A stretch of DNA of 64,000 nt, from assembly GCA_905178155.1 (NCBI GenBank), contig CAJINV010000003.1:7398601-7462600 (forward strand), in the 5' to 3' direction. The DNA comes from Amoebophrya sp. A120 (taxonomy: Eukaryota; Protista; Dinoflagellata). This document shows positions 13,001-25,700 of the stretch, in pieces. Each line of letters starts with the position of its first letter. Within the stretch, counting starts at the first letter, position 1. The position numbers and the translations under genes are program-made. Below the pieces are notes generated by a model. It ran no database searches. It worked only from the letters and a program-made list of their open reading frames with translations, and had not been told where the DNA came from.

Positions 13001-16000
13001 AAATACGAACACGATCAACCCAGTAAGAAAGCACTACCTTGACCATGACACTTGCTCGCAATCCAGTTCCGAGGTTGGACGGGCAGACGAGGACGTATCC
13101 CAAATGGTCATTGTGCATGAAGTCGTATCCCTCCGCTTTTACGACGTCCTGCACGGCGTTGCAGCCACTGACGAAGCGCTCGAAGACCTCTTTGATGTCG
13201 GCTCCCATCTGCATGGAGATGATCCTATCCCATCGAGAAAAAGCTAGAACCGAGACCGATCATGTACATGCGGCGCTGTTTCAGATGCAATTAAAAAAAA
13301 AGCTTAATATGTTGAGTTCGAGAAAGTAGTAATTGTAATTCCGCGATGATCCCATCAACCTGGGCCGCCGCGGGGAGCCCATAGCACTAAGCCGCCGTCC
13401 AAACCATGCAAAAACGACATTTGTTTCCGATAATTTTTCCGCTGTCCAGCTTCCTTTTTTAGTTACCCAGCGGATGTTGGAGTGGATCCTCGTTCCGCTT
13501 TTTTCATCTCTGGGATACATTCGGGTGTGGTCCTCCTCGTTGACCCAGACCAGGAAGTTCTTTTTGTCGTTGAAGAAAATACCGCGGGCGTCCGGCCAGT
13601 GCCGACCCATGCCCCCGGAGAGCAGCAGCGTGGAGTCCGGCTCCTGAAAGAGGAAATGCTCTTTGCGCAAGGTTTCCTCCTCCTCGTAGGTGATCCCGTT
13701 CGGCTTGGGTTCGTAGGACTTGCTGCCCGCGAGCGGGTAGTAGTCGCCCTTCAGGTCCCCGTCCAGCGTCATCAGCGCCTTGACCACGACGCGCTCCAGC
13801 TCGCGGCGGCCCTCCTTCGTGCACGCCGGCGGCAGCAGGATACCCCGGATGCTGCGGCCGGTCCGCACGCGAGTCGAAATCACGTACTCGCCGGTGGGAT
13901 CGATGGAGGTCGTGGACAATTTAGAAACATCCATGTCAGTCGGATGCTTTGCGGTTTTGGCATACCTGTATTCACGTTGGTTCTTTCTCGTCGTGACCCG
14001 ATGCTGTCTGTCATCTTCATCCGCGAGGCAAAAGCTGGAAACTTGTTGTATACAATGCTGCGTGGTATCAGACTATCTGTACTACTTATGTGCAGATCAT
14101 ACAGTAGACAACTTCCAGACAGGAGCCGTGGCACTTTTCTGCAACTGACGTATGTAGTAGTCTTTACTCTGTGGCAGCACTTGCACTAGCGCCACAAAGT
14201 GCTTCATATAAATTGGCCGCCGCCGCGCCACAAATCGACAAAACATTTGAGTTGTACAGCTCCCTTTGCACAACTGAAACTGATGAACTGCACGAAGGAG
14301 CAGAATAAAGTGAGAAGTTGCTCACCGAGAAGATCGCGCCCTTATTCAATGTCAATCTTTCTTTTGGATGAAACTGTGATGAATAAAGTTGCGGCGTCAA
14401 CATCAATGCTGTACCCTCCGTGGCGAATGTCGATAACGGGATCGAAGTATGAGATTGCAAAACTCGCCCTCCCCCTCACTTGAGTGGCATGAACAGCAAC
14501 ACAAGCATTGGCAGAAGTGTGGCCTCCGCATGACAAATTGCAGTGCGGTTTGGATGAAACTTGTCATGCTAAACAGAAGTGCGGCACACTTTGCCTCCCC
14601 CTTTGCAAACGGCCGCAGATGGCTGTCACGCAGGGAAGGTAGGTCAGGCGGACACCGAAGTGCACAACAAGGTCAGGCGGACACCGAAGGATGAAACTTG
14701 TCATGCACAACAGACCTAAGAGGGAACGAGTGGACATGGTATTTTCCATGACAAATGAGGGAAAGGGGAAGTTGTGCAGTCTCATACGAAGAGGTCGGCA
14801 AACACAGTCCAGGACTCCTCGTCTCCGGCCACGCAACCGCAAGTCTTGATCATCGGGTGTCCTTTGTTGTCCATGCCGGTCTTGATGCACCGCGCGAACG
14901 TCACCCCTCCGGCAGTATGGAGTTCTCGAGCGTTACAGTGTCCTCTGTTGGCTACACACACTTGCGGTGCAATAACAAAATGAACAATGAAACCCCTAAT
15001 TAATAGCTCGTAGAGCCGTGTCATCTTCCACCATGAAAGAGTGAAAGGGGGAGCTTGCTCCTCTCGCATCAAAACTTACTTCGGCACAGAGAGACATCAA
15101 TCCTGTTTGGACATGCGAAGTAGCTTGATTGCGTGGGCGTGGTGCTGGCGGCTGATGGCGATTTTGGATGAAACAGCAAGCAACCAGCTAGCAATGTAAC
15201 GTTATTTGAGAATCTCATGCATAGCTAGTAACTTTGTCCTTTAGATTTGCATAAAGCGTCGGGTCCTTCTTCAGTACGTCGGTCATGATGCTGTGAGAGT
15301 CGAGTAGTTATTTGAGGACTTACAAGCGAAAGACCGCACCTGTGGCTTTGGATGGCAGCGAGTTTTGCATTTTTTATTGCAAGCTGGTTGCACTTCGTTC
15401 ATATGCGGCTGATGCTACGTACTGGGAAAGAGAAAAAGAAAAAGTGGGCAGCGGCAAGAATACGTAGGAACAAATTTAGACGTACCTATTGTGGTTTGAG
15501 AGGTCCGGGCACTCGTCCGGGCACACGTCGTGGGGGAAGCCGGGATACTCCTCATCCCCGAGGCCGGGCATGAATTCGTAGATAAACTCGCCCTTTTCCA
15601 GTGCCTGCTCCATCTGCACAATCTTCGCGCAACCACTGATCATGTTGTTCACCAGCGTCACCTCGGATTTTCCGAGGCGGTCCGAGTTAGAGATGTCGAA
15701 GATGCCGCCAACAGCCGCACTGTCGACGCCCGCACCACCCCGCGCCTGCAGACCCATGCCCTTGCAGATATCCTTGAAATCGTGTCGCGCGGAGAGGAGC
15801 GGAATCTTAACCATCACGCTGGCGCGCAACCCGGTTCCGAGGTTAGACGGGCAGACGAGGACGTATCCCAAATGGTCGTTGTGCATGAAGTCGTACCCCT
15901 CCGCCTTGACGACATCCTGCACGGCGTTGCAACCCGTCGCAAACCGGGTGAACACTTCCTTGATGTCGCATCCTGTGCAAAAACGATCATGTTCCAGAAG

Positions 16001-19000
16001 TAGCAAAGTGGGCATTTCAGGAAGTACCTACACCGAGAAGCTTTGGCTGTTCGTCGTGCAGGACATAAACAGGCTGCGCGGCTGCACAGAAGGATCTTTC
16101 ACACTTGCGGGCAATTTGAGGCTGCTGCGCGTGACAAGTTTGGTTTCGCCATGCAGCAAGCGTCTGTAGCTAGTGCAGCTGCATCGCATTCGCAGATTTA
16201 TACTCATATAAATGATCCTAGTATAACAAACTGCCAGACAGCATCAGAAACAGAGAATGCTCCTCATTGGGCTGCGCATGAGAAAAATCCTGAGCATCAG
16301 CCTCAGCATGCAAACTTGCATGACAAATCTGAGGTGGGGGACCTCCAGACCACGTTTTTACAAGGATATGTCGGCGCCCATCTGCATGGAAATAATCCTG
16401 GTGTGGTCCTCCTCGTTCACCCAGACGAGGAAGTTCTTCTTGTCGTTGTGAAAGATACCTCAACTATGCAAAGCAAAATTTCCTTCTTGACAGTTTCACA
16501 TCAGGTTCGTTCCTGGAGCCGCAACCTTGTTCAGATCAGCTGTCTGCCACACGTAAAATTAATGCGCAGGAGCACACACGTTCGGTGACCTCACTACATA
16601 CGATCTCATCGTGGTCCTCGTAGATGATAATAGATTTGTCAAGTCAGTGTTAGTTGCTGAATCAATCAGGAAAAATGTGTAACTGTAAATAGGCTTTTCT
16701 GGTGGGATACCGACCCTCGGGCCAGTGTCGGCCCATACCGCCCGACAGCAATAGAGTGGAATCAGGTTCCTGTTCCATTGATTTTCATCAATTTTGCGTT
16801 TTGTGCTCGAAGTTCTATGTATACACCCGTCGTTTCTTGTCATCAACAGCATCACCACTGTTAGTAAAACTAGAATCGCCCTGGCAAGAACAGTGATAAA
16901 CATATAACTCAAACAGATGTATCAGGGTGCTTCAAAAACTAGACGGCTGGGAAGAGGGCTACTTACATATCTTCACTGTGGAGAGGTGGACCATAAAACC
17001 TATAGAAAAGTGAAGTACTTGGAAGAGGAAATGGTCTTCGCGCTTCCGTTATGAAATGCAAAGTTGTCTGGATCGGAAAAATTATGCTAATATTTGGATA
17101 ACGAGAAAACTCCGATACGGAACTCCTCGGCATGACAAGTTTTTCCGCGACAGCGTCTTGGGTAGATCGCATGGCATGAGCATGACATTGACACGCACAG
17201 GCACACGCTCACCCTCACGCCCCGCTTTTGCATGACAAATGAATGACTGACACCGCGTCGCATCAACATGGAATATAGAGTTTTGACTCGTGTTGTCAGA
17301 AATATTTATGGCATTTCGAGTCACACAAGCTTGCAGACCCAGACCGGTATAGTTGATTTGATATCTGCTCCTCCTCTTCCATCGTCATGCCCGTTGGCTT
17401 CGGGGCGTAGGACGTCGACCCTGCGAGCGGATAGTAGTCGCCCTTGAGTTCGTATGGAGGGTCACTCAATTGTACTATCACTGTTTTCCAACTTTCGCAT
17501 CCAAAATACTTAAGTAAATGTGCCCACCATGTCGCGTTTGCAGAAAGACAACAGATGAAATCTCCGTGTGCCAAGAATTGAATGTTGCTTCTTGTCTTTT
17601 AAGGATTTTGTAGTAATGCTTGAAATGCGAAACTGTATGTAGTGACGGTCATTCTCATTTCTTCTTACATAGTTCGCCCTCCAGCGACATCAGCGCTTTG
17701 ATTCTTGCAGAGAAATGTGCCCCACCTTCCGAAAAAAAAATGCAGAAAGCCTCGCCATGACATCCAATTTCTCATGTTCGACAGATGAAAGAGCGAGCTC
17801 GCTGTCCCAACTTCTGGAACTGGTGAAAATTTTAACTTGTCTCTATCTGACAATTATCTCCCCGGGAAGGGTTTTTTCTCAACGTGATACTCACCACGAC
17901 GCGCTCCAGCTCCTTCCTGGAGTCCCGGGTGTGGCTTGGAGGCAAAACGATGCCACGAATGCTGCGGCCGGTCCGGACGCGGGTAGAGATAACGTAGTTT
18001 GTATCGAGGTAAAAATCTCTGAGTGACAACTCATTTACAGAGTCGCAACAACGCTCGCCGGGCGCGCAAAAAAAATCACGGTTATCGTGCTTCGCAGACA
18101 CTCCTTTTGCAGCATTTTTTGCCCGGCAGGCTGTAAAATGTAAATGTCATTCTTGTTTCCCTTCATTGCGTTTTGCACGAGACCAGTGTCGTCCGAAGGA
18201 TGAAGAGGAGAACCAACGGCCCCTCGGGCAGAAGTACTAATTTAAATATAAGTACTTATTTCTGCAGCTGGTCAAAAATGCACAGGAGCTACAGAAAGCC
18301 CGTCACAGTAGTAAACGAATGTCACACATCACTCCTTTCTCGTCAGTAACTTTATCAAATGTAAAAATGTCTGGGTCTGGAAACTTGTGATGCTGAGTGG
18401 CGTCTCATGATGAGGCCACAAATGCAAATGCTGGCTCAGCATGACAAGTTTCTGAGCTTCTATCTAGGTGTTGCCTATTCTGCATGACAAACTGCGTTCC
18501 TGCATCACAGAACAGTGGAGCTCTTGGGTGACGTGCATGACAGATTTAAGAGTCATGCCAGACAAGCATGACAAACATGCATTCTTCCAGACCCAGACAT
18601 ATTTGCATTTGATAAACTTCCCGTCGGGTCAATTTCTGTGTCCAGCAGTTTGGACACGTCCATGTCGGTTGGGTGTTTTGCGCTCGCAGGGTAGCTATCA
18701 AATGTAAAAATGTCCAGGTCTGGAAGAATGCAACTTGTGATGCTGCGTCTGCATTATGCAAAAATCTGTATTGCATGAACAGCAAAAGAGGTCTGGTTTT
18801 GGCCCCGGCGAGAGGGCATCTCTCATGCGGTATAGGCATCAGAAAGCCCTCACAAGATCTGTGATGCTAGGGCATGCATCGCAGACATCAGGAGTCATGC
18901 AAAATGTGCATGACAAACTTTGCATCCTTCCCGACCCAGACATTTTTACATTTGATAGTAGCCGCCATGCCGAATATCAATCACCGGATCGAACAACTCG

Positions 19001-21926
19001 GCAAACATGCTGAACGACTCTTCATCACCTGCGACGCAGCCGCACGTTTTCACCATCGGGTGCCCCTTGTTGTCCATTCCTGTATTTGCTTGTTTTGATT
19101 TCGTCGTGTTCATGATGAATCAGCACTTCTCACACGGCTGCCACCATAACTGCCCGCTTCATTCTTTGATTCTGTGCACTAAGTTGTAACAGTGACCATG
19201 TCGCGCGGCACGCTTCACTCTCATGTAGAAAACAAATGCACACGCAAATCTAGGACCAGCACACCACGCACAGGCATCACGGACAGACCTTTGCGAATTC
19301 GGGTCCGATTTATTTTCGGCTTGTTTGATGTAACAAGAAAGTTCTCAACATGACAAAGCCGGAAACGCACCAAATTCCACCTGCCCCTCTCTTTTATAAT
19401 AATTTCACGAAACTGCACCGCAATATGCTCCTAGTGCAACAAAATTCTTTTTGTTTTTAGTGATGCCACTATATAATTTACATCTACAGTACCTGTTTTG
19501 ATGATTCTGGCAAATCCCACACCCATGGCGGTACGCTTCTCCTTCAGGGTCGCGTAGATACTCGGGTCCTTTTTGAGGACATCGGCCACCTTCATCACAT
19601 TGCAAATCGTTCCTGGTCTGTTCGTGTACTTGTCTTCTTTCTGCGATTTTGCAAAAAGAACGAAATCTTGCGCGCGTGTTTTATTGGCCTGAAAAGTAAC
19701 GCTAACGTCATGCTCAGCCGCAGGGTAAGGGGCCCAAGAGAGAAATAGTTTTGCTGCCGTATCGATCATGGGAAATTGATTGGGGAAAGACAAGCAGGAA
19801 TGCAATTTTTGTTTCTGACGTTTCATTCCGGCTTCATGTTCATCCAAACGCACGACAAATACGACGTCCTAGACGGTGGATTTTCACAAATCATACTGAT
19901 GGAGGCGTGCTTGCTGAGGTCTGGCATTTCGTCCGGGCAAACGTCTGCCGGAAAGCCGGGGTACTCCTCGTCGATTGTATGAAATCAAAAACCGCTGCAG
20001 CTAACGTTTATAATTACGCTGTGCCCTCCGAATACGACTTTTTGCAGTTGCATTTGAAACTCTTCGAATTTCAATCAACTTGTTGATTCACGACCACCTG
20101 CAATGATCTTCAATGCCTCATATCGATTTCTGATTCTGTCTCGTCGCAGCCGACACACTACAACATTCTTAGGATGACTCACGTTATTAACGCAGACTAG
20201 GTACAGCACTGTTACTGTTGTGATACCCCAGACCCGGCATCGAAGCGTAGTCCGGTACGTTGCTCGGCACAATGGCAATGGATTCCTCTGCCGGCGCCTC
20301 TGCAGGTGCATCCGGATCCGCAGCCGCTGCGCGGGCCGAGGGGGATCCGGCGGGGGAGTCTTGTCCTTTTTGCTGCGACAGGTACGAAATCATAAATGCC
20401 AACGGATCGCCAGGCTGTTTCGCCAAAAGACCGTGAATCATGCTTTGCAACGTCCCTTGCACCTACAGTTTGAGAAATCACATCAATTCAAAAGAGCACT
20501 TGGCGCATGAGCATGTTCTTGTACGCGACAGGAAAATAACCGTCATCATCATAATCATCTTCATCATCAGGAACAGGATTATCAAAATTGGTGCTAACGT
20601 TTGGAGGGTGCCCCTGACCGCCCCCGCGCGGCCGCCCGCAGGCATAGCTATAAATTCTCATGCAAGTATATGATCTAGAATGCTAAAAAGGAATGCCGTT
20701 TCTGAGTACGATCGACGGCTGCACCGGCTCGGTCGCTGAAAAATGTGCACAGGTCCTCATGGAGTACGTTTTCTACTTCGTACAACCAAGAAAAATCGCT
20801 AGTAGTTGCGTAATATGCGACAACAACAGCGATGGAGAAGAGAATCATTGACGCATTGGCATTTGGGCTTGGGGCATCTTCAAAAATAAGTACAACGTTT
20901 TCACTTCTACTCATCCAGCAGAAACAGAAAAGCAAAAACAGGGATAGAACATATAGTATCATACCGCGTGTTCGTCCAGATATTTTGTGGCCTTCAGAGC
21001 CGATTCATGCCGGCTAGAGCGGGACTTGTTCACATCCTGTTTCTGGCTGTCCGACGTACAGCCCAGCGTGAGCTTGATGCCGCTCTCCATCTCCACGAGC
21101 TCGTGGAATTTATCACGGAGAAAAGTCATAAAAAGCTGGCATACAATATATATTTTTATCTCAACGAAGCTTTCATGCAAAAATGGTTCTGATTCTGAAG
21201 CTGCCGCGCATAAGTATGTATGTACCTCTGCACACTTGATGCCCATGACCAATTCGTTCGTGTTTTGAATAGCATAATATTACACAGTAGTTTTGGTTGT
21301 AAGCTAGCTTTTGTTTGCAGTGTCGTAGAACTGCGGGTCTGCTTTCATGGAGCTGAGCGGAACGATTTTTGATGCCACCTTCTGAAACACGTCCACCTTC
21401 ATGGTGGCGTGGTTGGACGTCGGAAATGGAAAGGGGGTCGCATCCGCACGAAACGGGGCCTGTCGCCGTTGTTCCCCGATCCGAAGAGTGTCAATCGGAA
21501 AACTAGTACGACCCTCAGCCAAGGAAGGCAACTACACGCTTGCGCGGCAAGACAATCTTACTACAGCACGACCTGCCCTTTTTTCTACATCTTCAAACAC
21601 GTCGAGCCTCCCTAGTAACCCAGTAGATTAGCACATAGCCAAATCGGTCTTGCACACATCACACACTAGCACCATCATGTGGGTAATATCTGTTAGTCTG
21701 CTATATTATACTTCAGCACGATGGAAGTGCACGATCAGTGTCCTCAGTTCTGCAACAGGAGGCGTCGCGAACTTCATCTCTTGGTTTTTTGTAGAAATCT
21801 TACGCAAAACAATCCTTTGCCTTTCCTGGCGGTCCACCGAGAGTGGCACCGGTTCTTTCCACGTCCATAAATAGACACGTAGGCCTTGTCCGGAAGCCCC
21901 TCGCCAGACACCACACTGACGTTCAT
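7046..21926 (-). CDS. Three-domain creatine-kinase-type phosphagen (ATP:guanidino) kinase with N-terminal C2-like and Dpy-30/RIIa-like regions; roughly 30 exons
   Basis: Three collinear copies of GMDNKGHPM(I/V)KTCGxVAGDEES, [32 protein letters not shown] and DISNSDRLG (domain 1 ~19975-15560, domain 2 ~15560-12510, domain 3 ~12510-7150). Upstream exons read KYLDEHAV|[27 protein letters not shown] and [18 protein letters not shown]...[11 protein letters not shown]. Start and stop are approximate. Confidence 0.92.
7942..8299. mobile_element. TA-ended introner in kinase domain 3
   Basis: Direct repeat CCACC; ends TATCAG...ACGATA; excision gives KSEV|DLVNNMIR. Confidence 0.85.
8334..8732. mobile_element. 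TA-ended introner in kinase domain 3
   Basis: Direct repeat TTCGA; excision gives DISN|SDRLG. Confidence 0.85.
9358..9732. mobile_element. TA-ended introner, decayed direct repeat
   Basis: CGTAG/CATAG flanks; excision gives KAEGY|DFMHN; right end resembles that of 62386-62570. Confidence 0.75.
9864..10230. mobile_element. TA-ended introner in kinase domain 3
   Basis: Direct repeat AGACC; excision gives NFLV|WVNEEDH. Confidence 0.85.
10269..10495. mobile_element. Family C introner
   Basis: TATCAGTGTGCAAAAC...GTTGTGCACTGTCATA; direct repeat TTCCG; excision gives DARG|IFFND. Confidence 0.88.
10648..10991. mobile_element. Family C introner, decayed direct repeat
   Basis: TATGAA...TTCATA; CCACG/CCGCG flanks; excision gives YYPLA|GSKSY. 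Confidence 0.8.
11468..11764. mobile_element. TA-ended introner with weak inverted repeat
   Basis: Direct repeat CCAGC; excision gives DISKL|DSTDIDP. Confidence 0.8.
11821..12082. mobile_element. Family A MITE-like introner
   Basis: ~34-bp near-perfect TIR TATCAAATGTAAAAGTGTCTGGGTCTGGAAGAAT; direct repeat CGCCG; excision gives DIRHG|[11 protein letters not shown]. Confidence 0.95.
13226..13517. mobile_element. Family D introner, decayed direct repeat
   Basis: TATCCCA...TGGGATA; flanks GATCC/CATTC; removal plus 5 nt gives EEDHTR|IISMQ. Confidence 0.75.
14448..14786. mobile_element. Family C introner
   Basis: TATGAGATTGCAAAACT...AGTTGTGCAGTCTCATA; direct repeat CGAAG; excision gives ADLF|DPVID; internal tandem duplication AGGTCAGGCGGACACCGAAG. 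Confidence 0.9.
15969..16368. mobile_element. Introner with CA...TA ends
   Basis: CATCCTGTGCAAAAACG...CGTTTTTACAAGGATA; direct repeat TGTCG; excision gives MGAD|IKEVF. Confidence 0.85.
16465..16709. mobile_element. TA-ended introner, decayed direct repeat
   Basis: Flanks TCAAC/CCGAC; removal plus 5 nt gives WPEGR|GIFHND. Confidence 0.7.
17050..17363. mobile_element. Degenerate family A introner
   Basis: TATGAAATGCAAAGTTGTCTGGATCGGAA...CAGACCCAGACC...TTTGATA; flanks TCCGT/TCTGC; removal gives EEEEQ|KREDHFLFQ. Confidence 0.75.
17453..17671. mobile_element. TA-ended introner in kinase domain 1
   Basis: Direct repeat GTTCG; excision gives LEGE|LKGDYYP. Confidence 0.8.
18353..18614. mobile_element. 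Family A element at an exon/intron boundary
   Basis: Family A TIRs; direct repeat AACTT. Excision alone runs into TGA, so it forms part of a longer intron ending near 18000. Confidence 0.88.
18696..18957. mobile_element. Family A MITE-like introner
   Basis: TATCAAATGTAAAAATGTC...GACATTTTTACATTTGATA; direct repeat GTAGC; excision gives DIRHGGY|PASAKHPTD. Confidence 0.95.
19978..20225. mobile_element. Old TA-ended intron, direct repeat lost
   Basis: TATGA...TGATA ends; flanks differ, but removal plus 5 nt gives MPGLG|DEEYPGF as in the two inter-domain junctions. Confidence 0.6.
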
Positions 21927-22789
21927 GCTTCGGATTTTTCTGTCTTGTGATGTTACTAGGCGGTAGCTCACGATCTAAGAAGGAGCGGTTTGTTCTGTCT
22001 TTTTTTTAAAAGAGTATTTTTATTTTCGTTACTGAGCGATCGCAGCACGCAAAGGCAAACCATAACCAACCAAGCCGTTTGGTATTTCTAACAAATGCGC
22101 CGTGCAGCTGCGCCAATGCGACTGCAGAAGAATTGTATCCCCGTTTTTTCTTCAGAACAGTGGCTGAAAACTACCTTTCCAAGGACAAATGATGAGTCGG
22201 ATATTCTTGCAAAAATTTTGGATTATCGGCGCTCTGACATGAAATCTTTCGCTTTGGTTTGTCTCGTTCCTCTCCAGCTTCACGACCTCCAAGCTTACAC
22301 TTTACTTTTATATTTCTCTCTGTCCAGCACGTTTGCGCGGGAGATATCAGTCTACTGCCCTGCAAAATCTTGATGGATGGAGATACCCGTGAAGTAGATG
22401 GCGCGCAGCCAGAGCCCTGTCAACTTCCACTATCTAATTGACAGAATGCGACGTCAATGCTGAACAAAAACAGGTGTTTGACTTGCCGGCGGCCGCAGCG
22501 CCTGCGCATTACTGCAACAGCACCGAGGTTTCTCTTTCTTTTGCCCAGAGTAGAGCAGACAACGAAGCCGTAAACCTAAACACGATGTCGTCGCTCTGAG
22601 CTATAATACATGTCACTGTGCGTTTCATGTGCCAACTGTGCGGCTTCCTGGGTACGACGCCGGAAGATCATGAGTCAGACATTCATAATTGCTGTGAGCG
22701 GAGGAGCGAGTACAACTTTGACGCGCAAAAGAAAAAATAACTTTAAGTCCTTACACTCAATATCTTAGCTTTTGTCCGACGACATCGAC

Positions 22790-25700
22790 TACCCGTTCGC
22801 CAAGGAAGAGGAAGATCTTTGCGTCCGCCAGCACCAACACGCGGTGAACACAAACCGCGTCTCGCGAACGCAGCTTATTCTTACCAGTAAAAAAAATGAA
22901 GTTCTTCACTTATACATCGTCCTCCCCCACCTGATCTCGGACAGGCAGGCAGCGCAAGTAGAGCAAGCCCGCTGGAACCATTTCCAGGGTCTCCCAGAGC
23001 TGCCCCGAGCCCACCTCGTCGCGCTGCTCTTGGTCAAACAGCAGCCGCGTCGTGTGGTGTGACACTGTACCCGTACGAGACGTTTGTAAGTAAGGATTCA
23101 GCACCGGATTTCGCTCCGCGTTCCCCCGTTCCCGCTCAATCATCTTCGCTAGCTGGCCGCCACCAATTTGACATCTGAACAAAAAAATGGAAAGTCTTCA
23201 CATCTTTCAACAGAACGGAAAATGATACAGTGACAACTACTCAATGTAGTTCTATGGTTCCTGATAAGTAAGTACTAGCTACTACACCTGTCAACTCTGA
23301 TCATTGCCGCGCGTCCTCACAGGTACTCAGTGTTCAATCGTCCTGAGTGAAACGCGGGTGTTAGTGTGGTCAGGATTATTGCAATTGCTGTTTTTGTGTC
23401 GTCGAAGCTAGATGTGACGACTTTCTTCCGCATCCTATCCCGACTTTCTTGATCGGACCTTCGGCGTCGCAGCAAAAGCTAAGCTGATACCGAACCATAC
23501 GCTGAAGCTGAAAATACCAATGGCACCGGCACAAAAAAATATTAAAAACGACGCATCTATGCTCTGTGCGCGATTCGTAAGAAAGCAATAGCTTATAGCT
23601 TTTGCTTTTCTGGAACATCGCAATCCAATCCCAATCAAACAATAAATGGAAAAATGAAAATGAATCGTATCAAGAACCTGGATATGATTTCGCTGTTGTA
23701 GATGTTTTGCTGGCGCAGTTCTATGGTAAGCACCTCGGTCTCCTCCATCGGATCGAAATTAATCTGAATTGTTTCCCTTAAATCCAGGCGGAAACCGAGA
23801 GTTGCCTGGTCTTGCGTTCCGGCCCCACGGGCGGAGGTCGTGCCGGGTGGAATAGTTGCAGATGAGTTGATGCCCTCGGGGATTGTGCTCACGACCCCGG
23901 GTGCAGTACCTGTAACTCCCGCTCCAGTGCCGCGCATACTGTGGTGCGTTTTGACTCGAGTTTTATGGTCGAGGTTGTAGCCCTATTCACAGAAAAAAAC
24001 CCACCGACCCCCATGAGCCACTTTAACGTTAGCACGACCTCCAATACAGACTATGCGTATGCATATGCTTCATGTTGTTCTGGATGACTACTTGGATTAT
24101 CGGGGGATGGGTTTTTGGCCTGGATAAGCCCATTGATACGTTCAGGAAAACGTGCTTCCCGACACTGGCATTCTCGATCTTCCAGAAAACCAACTCCACA
24201 GGCTCAAAACGCTGCATGCCCCAGCAAGTGACCCAGTCTCGGAAGTCGCCCAGTACCTGCCCCTCTTCTAGAGATGAAATTGGTCGTCCCCAACAATTAT
24301 CGGCTTCCCTCGCGACCACGTAATCTAATCGATTATTTACTTACCGAGCTGAACAGAAGAACATACAGCGTTAGCACCTTGATAAACTACTCTCGATCTT
24401 CCGCAGGGGAAACAACTACAGGACCTATGTATGAGCAGCCGGAAAAATCGCCATTTCTCCAATACAAACCATGCTGCGTCTCTGCCGCCACGCAGCTGCT
24501 CGAGGATCTCTCAACGAGGTATCAGTATATGAATCGCAGGAGCTCCGCGGACGTAGTTCTATTCTCGCAATCTACCATCATGATAAAAAGTATTTTGAAA
24601 TTATTCTTTCAAAAAGCATGCTGCCCTTGTGGACGTTCGCCTGGACCTGCCACGTCGGAGACGACGACTTGCATGTTCATACGGGTCTGTCGATCCCAAC
24701 TGCAAGTAACAATCGGTCCTTGAACTTCCACAGCACCCTATTCAGGCGAAGAAGAAAAGGCTCCGCCCGAACTGACCGAGCTCGAATAACTACAATACTA
24801 TCTTTCTAGGTGTAGGTATCTCTTTGTGCAAGCAAAATAAGTCTGATTCTGTGGCTGTACATAATTCTATCATAAATGCTGCATGCCCTATGCACAAATG
24901 CTCTTGTTCCATGACACATTGAAACTACTCATCTGGAGGTGCAAGGTCAAGCTCAAGGCCCGAGAGGCCCGGAATCTTCGCTCCTTCCCCATGAGATAAA
25001 TGACAATATGGAGCGAAAAAAAACTTTGTCACAATGACAGTCACAGTCATAGAGTTGCAGGTTTTGCATGAGAAATTACTTGTCATCGTATTGCAGACAC
25101 ATTAGGAAAATGCCGTATGGGATAGAAATTGGACTGTGATCGTGATGCATTTTTACAACCCATGACAGAAAGATAGTTCTAAGTACTTAATCTGTTGGCA
25201 AAAATTCCCATGAGTGATCCTGACGAACAACTTTTTTTCTTTGATAGACAAGGAGCAAGATGTACACAAGCGACTGCAGCACGTCGTCAACCTTGCGCAA
25301 AACGTAGGCCAGCAACTGCACCGTTTGCAGGAAAATGTAGTCAAGGTCATAGCCCCTTGTAGTGTGCAATGTAAACGTGAGAAACCCGAAGCAGACCAGG
25401 GTGGCGAGAAGGTAATACACCCGTCGGTGGATGTTGAACTGCTTCCGGAAGTTTTGCGTGGTCACGACGCGAAAGAGGGGTGTGCAAGGAAACACATACG
25501 CAAATATGAACACTCCGATTGCCAATGGCACCGCAACCTGGTCCCAGATTATCATCTTCGTCTTCTATCTCCTTGTTTTTCGCTCGGTTTGGATTTGGCT
25601 TTGGCACAAACTTTGTACCTCATTACATTTTGCGGCAGTTCTGTTCTCACTCTGCCGGGGGCGCCACGTCGATGGGATTCCTCCTGCTGTCAAAAAGAAC

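Noticed and set aside
12087-16169. Long plus-strand ORFs (12087-12626, 13482-14189, 15530-16003, 15642-16169)
   Set aside because: Antisense shadows of GC-rich kinase exons.
7046-21926. Three separate or pseudogenised kinase genes
   Set aside because: Domain junctions are read through within single exons ([14 protein letters not shown]), and conserved frames are recoverable at almost every interruption.
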